A stretch of DNA of 64,000 bases from Hydrogenophilus sp. (lineage in GTDB: Bacteria; Pseudomonadota; Gammaproteobacteria; Burkholderiales; Rhodocyclaceae): the NCBI GenBank assembly GCA_026416515.1, contig JAOAEZ010000004.1:41227-105226 (forward strand), read 5' to 3'. Position numbers and translations under genes: made by a program. The notes under the pieces are model-generated. The model saw only the letters and a list, made by a program, of their open reading frames with translations, was not told the origin of the DNA and ran no database searches. The number at the start of each line of letters is the position of its first letter. Position 1 is the first letter of the stretch. Below, piece after piece: positions 59,665 to 64,000 of the stretch.

Positions 59665-62165
59665 CCCTTTTGCCACATTCTCCTCCCTTCTCCCCGCCGC
59701 GGCACTTTCGTTCGCTTTTGACCCGCTTCGTTCCTCTCCTCCTCCTTCTTCAAGTGCTTCTCTTTGGCGCCACCCTCCTCCTCATCTATCTCGAAACGCG
59801 CAACGCTGCCCTCCGGCTCATGGAAGAGCGCCTCAATTCCCTCAAAATCGAACTCACTGCTGCGCTTCAAGGTCCGATCCTCGAGCGCGACCTTGCCGTC
59901 CTCCGCGAAATCAGCCGTGAGCTGATTGCGGTAGGCGAGATCGACTATCTGATCATCCTCAATCTCGCCGGCGAAGAGCTCGCCCGCGCCGGCTGGCCCG
60001 CGGGAGCCCAGCGGCCGGCCTCCCCCCTTTTCACGGGGCGTCTGGAGACGCTCGACCCTAGCAAGAAGCGGATTGACGTCGCCATCTCTCTTCCCGCGGG
60101 CCAGCTTTTTCTGGGCTACTCTCCCGAACCCCTCTTTAAGCTTCTCACCGAGCAGATCCGCACCAGCGCCCTCTTTTTATCCGCCTTTACTATCCTCACT
60201 TTTCTCTTCGCCCTACTCTTCTTTCGCCGGATTGCTAACCGCCTCGCCGCAATCGAAAAAGCCGCCGCGGCGCTTGCTGCGGGTCGCCTCGACACGCGTG
60301 CGCCGGCCGGCGACCATGACGAAATTGAGCGGCTGGGAAGCGCTTTCAACGCCATGGCCGACGCCCTCGCCCGAGAAATGGCCGCCCTCACCGCTGCCGA
60401 ACGCGAAACACAGCAAGCCCTCGATGCCCTCGAAGAGGAGCACGCGCACCTCACCGCCCTGCTCGAAGCGATGCGTTTCGGCGTCCTTCTCGTCGGCTCC
60501 GACGACCGCGTTCTCTACGCCAACACCGCGCTGCGCCGCCTCTGGCGAATTCCCCCCGACCACCTTCTCGTCGGCACCCTCGCCCGCGAAGCGATGCAAG
60601 CCAGCCAAACCCAGTTTGCCGAACCGGAACACTTCTCTCGTCTTCTCCTCTCTGTACCGGGCACCCATGAAATCTCCGATACCACCGAACTGCACCTCGC
60701 CGACGGTCGCATTCTCCTGCAACTCTGTTATCCCGTCCGCGACTTTCACCAGCGCCTCATCGGTCGGCTCTGGCTCTTTGAGGACATCACCCTCGAGCGG
60801 CGCAACGCCGAGCAGCTTATCTACCTTGCCGAACGCGACGGACTCACCGGTCTTTACAACCGGCGGCGGTTCGAAGAGCTGCTCGAAGCAACCCTTGCGG
60901 AAGCGCAGCGCAATCAACAGCTTACAGCGCTTCTCCTCTTTGACCTCGACGAATTCAAGCACCTCAACGACACCTTCGGCCATCGCGCCGGCGACGCCCT
61001 TCTGGTCCGAGTTGCGGGCGAACTCACTGCCCTCACCCGCAAAAACGAGATCGTCGCTCGCCTCGGCGGTGACGAATTTGCCCTTCTCATCCCCCATCTT
61101 GGCAACCCCGACGAGGCAGGTGCCCTTGCCGAGCGGATCGTTCGCAGTCTCGCCCGCATCCCCTTTGACTTTGACAACCAGCGAATTGGCATCACCGTCA
61201 GTGTCGGCGTTGCCCTCTTCCCTGACCATGCCGATAATCCGGAAGACCTCATCATCGCCGCGGACGTAGCGATGTATCAAGCTAAAAACGCTGGCCGCAA
61301 CACCTGGCGTTTCTACGACGGCAGTCGGAACATCGAAGAGCTCGACCGGCTTACCTGGAATCAACGGATTGAACGCGCGTTAGCGGAAAACCTTTTCGAA
61401 CTCCACTACCAAGGGATCTATCGCCTTGATGGCACCCTCAAGCATGTCGAAGCCCTCATCCGCATGCGCGATCCCGAAGATCCCAGTCGTCTCGTAGCTC
61501 CTGGCCGCTTCATCCCCGTCGCTGAAAAGAGCGGCAAGATCCGAATCCTCGACCGCTGGGTCATCCAAACGGCCCTTACTAAACTCCAACAAAACCCCCT
61601 CGCACCGCCGATTGCTGTCAATATCTCCGCTAAGACCCTCAGCGACCCCGATTTTCCCCTTTGGCTTGAACAAACCTGGACCTCGGCCCCCCCGGCCGCA
61701 CGTCGCCTGATCTTTGAAATCACCGAAACCGCAGCGATCGGCGACCTTCAAGAAGCGCTGCGGTTTGCTGACCTTGTACACCGCCTCGGCGCCGTCCTCT
61801 GTCTTGACGACTTCGGTACCGGCTTTAGCTCCTTCAGCTACCTCAAATATATCCCGGCCGACACCGTCAAAATCGATGGGCAATTCATCAAAGACCTCCC
61901 CCGCGACCGCAATAACTACCTCATCGTTCAAGCGATCGCCCAAGTAGCGCGAGGCATGGGGAAAACCATCATTGCGGAATTTGTCGAAGACAGCGAAACG
62001 CTTCAGCTTCTCTCAACGATCGGCGTCGACGCCGTCCAAGGCTACTACCTCGGCCGTCCCTCCCCCGATCTCCCCGCAAACCGCTGCGCGCTCCCCTCGA
62101 GCGCGCGCCCGGCAGGAATCGAACCTGCGACCTTTGGCTTCGGAGGCCAACGCTCTATCCACTGA
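59661..62165 (+). CDS. TM-sensor-HAMP-PAS-GGDEF-EAL c-di-GMP enzyme
   Basis: Two TM helices; HAMP DEIERLGSAFNAMA; PAS; RDGLTGLYNRR, ARLGGDEF; EALIR, LDDFGTGFSS, VKIDGQF, AEFVE, QGYY. Confidence 0.93.
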   Translation: MTLLPHSPPFSPPRHFRSLLTRFVPLLLLLQVLLFGATLLLIYLETRNAALRLMEERLNSLKIELTAALQGPILERDLAVLREISRELIAVGEIDYLIILNLAGEELARAGWPAGAQRPASPLFTGRLETLDPSKKRIDVAISLPAGQLFLGYSPEPLFKLLTEQIRTSALFLSAFTILTFLFALLFFRRIANRLAAIEKAAAALAAGRLDTRAPAGDHDEIERLGSAFNAMADALAREMAALTAAERETQQALDALEEEHAHLTALLEAMRFGVLLVGSDDRVLYANTALRRLWRIPPDHLLVGTLAREAMQASQTQFAEPEHFSRLLLSVPGTHEISDTTELHLADGRILLQLCYPVRDFHQRLIGRLWLFEDITLERRNAEQLIYLAERDGLTGLYNRRRFEELLEATLAEAQRNQQLTALLLFDLDEFKHLNDTFGHRAGDALLVRVAGELTALTRKNEIVARLGGDEFALLIPHLGNPDEAGALAERIVRSLARIPFDFDNQRIGITVSVGVALFPDHADNPEDLIIAADVAMYQAKNAGRNTWRFYDGSRNIEELDRLTWNQRIERALAENLFELHYQGIYRLDGTLKHVEALIRMRDPEDPSRLVAPGRFIPVAEKSGKIRILDRWVIQTALTKLQQNPLAPPIAVNISAKTLSDPDFPLWLEQTWTSAPPAARRLIFEITETAAIGDLQEALRFADLVHRLGAVLCLDDFGTGFSSFSYLKYIPADTVKIDGQFIKDLPRDRNNYLIVQAIAQVARGMGKTIIAEFVEDSETLQLLSTIGVDAVQGYYLGRPSPDLPANRCALPSSARPAGIEPATFGFGGQRSIH

Positions 62166-62176
62166 GCTACGGGCGC
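62104..62176 (-). tRNA. tRNA-Arg(CCG), CCA end not encoded
   Basis: Minus strand GCGCCCGTAGCTCAGTGGATAGAGCGTTGGCCTCCGAAGCCAAAGGTCGCAGGTTCGATTCCTGCCGGGCGCG; 7-bp acceptor stem, CCG anticodon, TTCGA loop; followed by CGC, not CCA. Confidence 0.95.
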
Positions 62177-62193
62177 CCCTTCTCACGAAGACC

Positions 62194-62225
62194 TCGATTG
62201 TACCACGTACGGAACCTACAATCGA
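62194..62225. repeat. 9-bp inverted repeat made of two divergent TACAAT -10 boxes
   Basis: TCGATTGTA-N14-TACAATCGA; the minus-strand copy reads TGgTACAAT just upstream of tRNA-Arg. Confidence 0.6.
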
Positions 62226-62252
62226 CTTCCTTCTCCGATCCTCTGCCGCTCG

Positions 62253-62429
62253 ATGGACCTGCGCTGCTGGCCCCTCTGGGAAACTTTCTCGGTTCCCCCT
62301 CTCTCCTCGCCCCCTATCCAAAACCTGCTGAAATACGGTCACCTCGCGGGCGACGAAGTTTCCGTCACCGTCAGCGCCCCTCTGCACTATGGCGCTTGCA
62401 GCACCGATCATCTTTCGGTCGAAACATAG
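62253..62429 (+). pseudogene. Possible tyrosine-integrase C-terminal remnant
   Basis: 58-aa ORF contains IQNLLKYGHLAGDEV; an adjacent frame gives LGNFLGS; together they resemble box II LLGH-S-I..T..Y.HL; lies between two tRNAs. Confidence 0.2.
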
Positions 62430-62503
62430 GGGTTACCTCCCTGCAACCGGGAGACACTCCTGCAGAAATCATCCCCCTCCCGGCAAAACCCTCCAGTCCG
62501 TAC

Positions 62504-62547
62504 CGAATCTCCAACTCGCAACCCGATCGAATCTCTAACTCTAACTC
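62504..62547. repeat. Short direct repeats
   Basis: CGAATCTC(C/T)AACTC at 62504 and 62528 (24-bp period), plus an extra TAACTC. Confidence 0.55.
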
Positions 62548-62587
62548 TCCATCTCCCCGGGCAGCCTTCTCTTTCGGCCGCAGCCCC

Positions 62588-62616
62588 TTGACCTCCCTCT
62601 CCTCTCTCGATAAAAT
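62588..62616 (+). promoter_or_regulatory. sigma70 promoter of tRNA-Gly
   Basis: TTGACC-N17-TAAAAT, 12 nt before the tRNA. Confidence 0.75.
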
Positions 62617-62628
62617 TGCTCGCCCGAT

Positions 62629-62702
62629 GCGGGTGTAGTTCAATGGTAGAACATCAGCTTCCCAAGCTGAGAACGTGGGTTCGATTCCCATCACCCGCTC
62701 CA
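62629..62702 (+). tRNA. tRNA-Gly(CCC)
   Basis: GCGGGTG acceptor stem, TCAGC-TTCCCAA-GCTGA anticodon arm, GGTTCGATTCC T-arm, TCCA end; 74 nt. Confidence 0.97.
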
Positions 62703-62712
62703 GCGCTACAGC

Positions 62713-62737
62713 ACCCAGGAAAATTCCTGGGTTTTTT
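62713..62737 (+). terminator. Rho-independent terminator after tRNA-Gly
   Basis: ACCCAGGAA-AA-TTCCTGGGT followed by a T-tract. Confidence 0.85.
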
Positions 62738-62767
62738 GTTTTTGTGTGGCCTCCTTCTCAATCCCTG

Positions 62768-63859
62768 ATGAATTCTAGTGACCTTTCCGCGCTCCCTCTT
62801 CCCGCTCCGGAACTCATCGCCCAATTTGCCCCTCGTCTGCTCGCCTGGCACGCCCGCTGGGGGCGCCACCACCTTCCCTGGCAAACCCGTGATCCCTACC
62901 GGGTCTGGCTTGCCGAAATCATGCTTCAACAAACTCAAGTCGCCACTGTTCTTCCCTACTACCAGCGTTTTCTCGACCGTTTTCCCACCGTCGAAACCCT
63001 TGCCACGGCCCCGCTCACCGAAGTCCTGGCGCACTGGTCTGGGCTTGGCTATTACGTCCGCGCTCGGCAACTCCACCGCGCGGCGCAGCAGATCGTCGCG
63101 ACCGGTACCTGGCCCCAGACCGCCCAGCAATGGCAGCGCCTTCCTGGTATAGGCCGCTCCACCGCTAACGCCATCGCCGCGTTTACCGCCAACGAACGCC
63201 GTCCCATCCTAGATGGCAACGTTGCCCGTCTTCTCATCCGCCTTCTTGCTCTAAGCCGTCCCCTCAACACCCCCTCTCTTCGCGCCCACCTCTGGCGTAT
63301 TGCCGAACAGCTTCTCCCCGTCGACTCCACCGTGATGCCTCGCTACACCCAAGCGCAAATGGACCTCGGTGCCTTGATCTGCCGTCGTGTGCTCCCCCAG
63401 TGCGACCGTTGTCCTCTCACCGACCTCTGCCGCGCCCACGCGCTTCGCCTCACCGCCCAACTCCCTATTCCCGCGCCGCGATCTCCCCTCGAAACGCTGC
63501 ACCTCTCCTTTGCCGCCTACCGCTTCGGCGAACGCTACTACTTTACCCGCCGTCCCGAGCGAGGTCTCTGGCCTGGCCTCTACTCCTTTCCCCAAACGGC
63601 CGACCCCCCGCCTCCTGGCCGTTGGCATCCCCTCCTCACCGAAACCCTTCCCCCTCACCGTCTCACCCATCGGCAACTTCACCTTACCCTAACCACCTTC
63701 TCTCCGCTTCACCTCCCGGATCTTCCCACGCCGCATGTCCCCTCCCCAAGCGCCGCTTGGCTCACCCTTCCAGAAGCCCTCGCCGCCGGTCTTCCCCGCC
63801 CGCTCACCCGTTGGGCCCAGCGTACGCTCGCGCAATCCCCCCTTCTCCCTCTCCCCTGA
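62768..63859 (+). CDS. mutY: A/G-specific adenine glycosylase
   Basis: GRHHLPWQ..DPYRVWLAEIMLQQTQV, WSGLGYY.RAR, HhH LPGIGRSTA, LDGNV, C-X6-C-X2-C-X5-C [4Fe-4S] motif. Confidence 0.96.
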   Translation: MNSSDLSALPLPAPELIAQFAPRLLAWHARWGRHHLPWQTRDPYRVWLAEIMLQQTQVATVLPYYQRFLDRFPTVETLATAPLTEVLAHWSGLGYYVRARQLHRAAQQIVATGTWPQTAQQWQRLPGIGRSTANAIAAFTANERRPILDGNVARLLIRLLALSRPLNTPSLRAHLWRIAEQLLPVDSTVMPRYTQAQMDLGALICRRVLPQCDRCPLTDLCRAHALRLTAQLPIPAPRSPLETLHLSFAAYRFGERYYFTRRPERGLWPGLYSFPQTADPPPPGRWHPLLTETLPPHRLTHRQLHLTLTTFSPLHLPDLPTPHVPSPSAAWLTLPEALAAGLPRPLTRWAQRTLAQSPLLPLP

Positions 63860-63917
63860 ATCTCTCCCCCCTTCCTCCGCTACAATACCCTTCTGATCCT
63901 CTTCTGGGCGGTCTCCT

Positions 63918-64000
63918 ATGTCCCACTCTTCTTCTATCCCCTCCGCTCCTCCCTCTACCCTCACCCTTGCCTTTGGCATGGGCTGCTTCTGGGGTGCCCA
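63918..64000 (+). CDS. msrA: Peptide-methionine (S)-S-oxide reductase (5' fragment)
   Basis: Translated by hand: MSHSSSIPSAPPSTLTLAFGMGCFWGA, containing the GCFWG active-site motif; truncated by the window edge. Confidence 0.8.
   Translation, partial: MSHSSSIPSAPPSTLTLAFGMGCFWGA

Noticed and set aside
62675-62767. N-terminal extension of MutY given by the ORF track
   Set aside because: It overlaps tRNA-Gly and its terminator; ATG 62768 is the plausible start.

Overview
A gene-dense, GC-rich bacterial core-genome window with about 57 CDS and 2 tRNAs. It looks betaproteobacterial (hprK in the rpoN operon, a CIRCE element before rpoH, nodIJ-like ABC genes); this placement is inference. Housekeeping blocks: grpE-dnaK-dnaJ-lpxH, trxA-rho-moaC, rpoH-thiD, an acrAB-like RND pair, recA-recX-lptB-rpoN-hpf-ptsN-hprK-ilvA, pxpBCA with a partial Liv-type transporter, slt-NDUFA9-like-cca, thiS-thiG-trmB-sppA, tRNA-Arg(CCG), tRNA-Gly(CCC), mutY and the start of msrA. 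No CRISPR array, rRNA or intact mobile element was found. The most notable observations are: (1) a very strong C>>G skew on the + strand regardless of gene direction, which visibly shapes protein composition, with 49 of 57 CDS on the C-rich strand; (2) three unusual c-di-GMP enzymes within 19 kb: a CheB-CheR-coiled coil-PAS-GGDEF-EAL fusion, a sensor-GGDEF with a degenerate globin/GAF-like tail, and a HAMP-PAS-GGDEF-EAL coupled to an orphan PhnD-like binding protein; (3) a sigma28-type promoter driving an uncharacterised protein with Ca-binding-like loops and no signal peptide; (4) a perfect CIRCE overlapping sigmaE-like and sigma70-like promoters at rpoH; (5) a CDS that reads antisense into a tRNA-Arg lacking an encoded CCA, next to a possible integrase remnant. 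All calls come from reading motifs by eye; no database searches were run.
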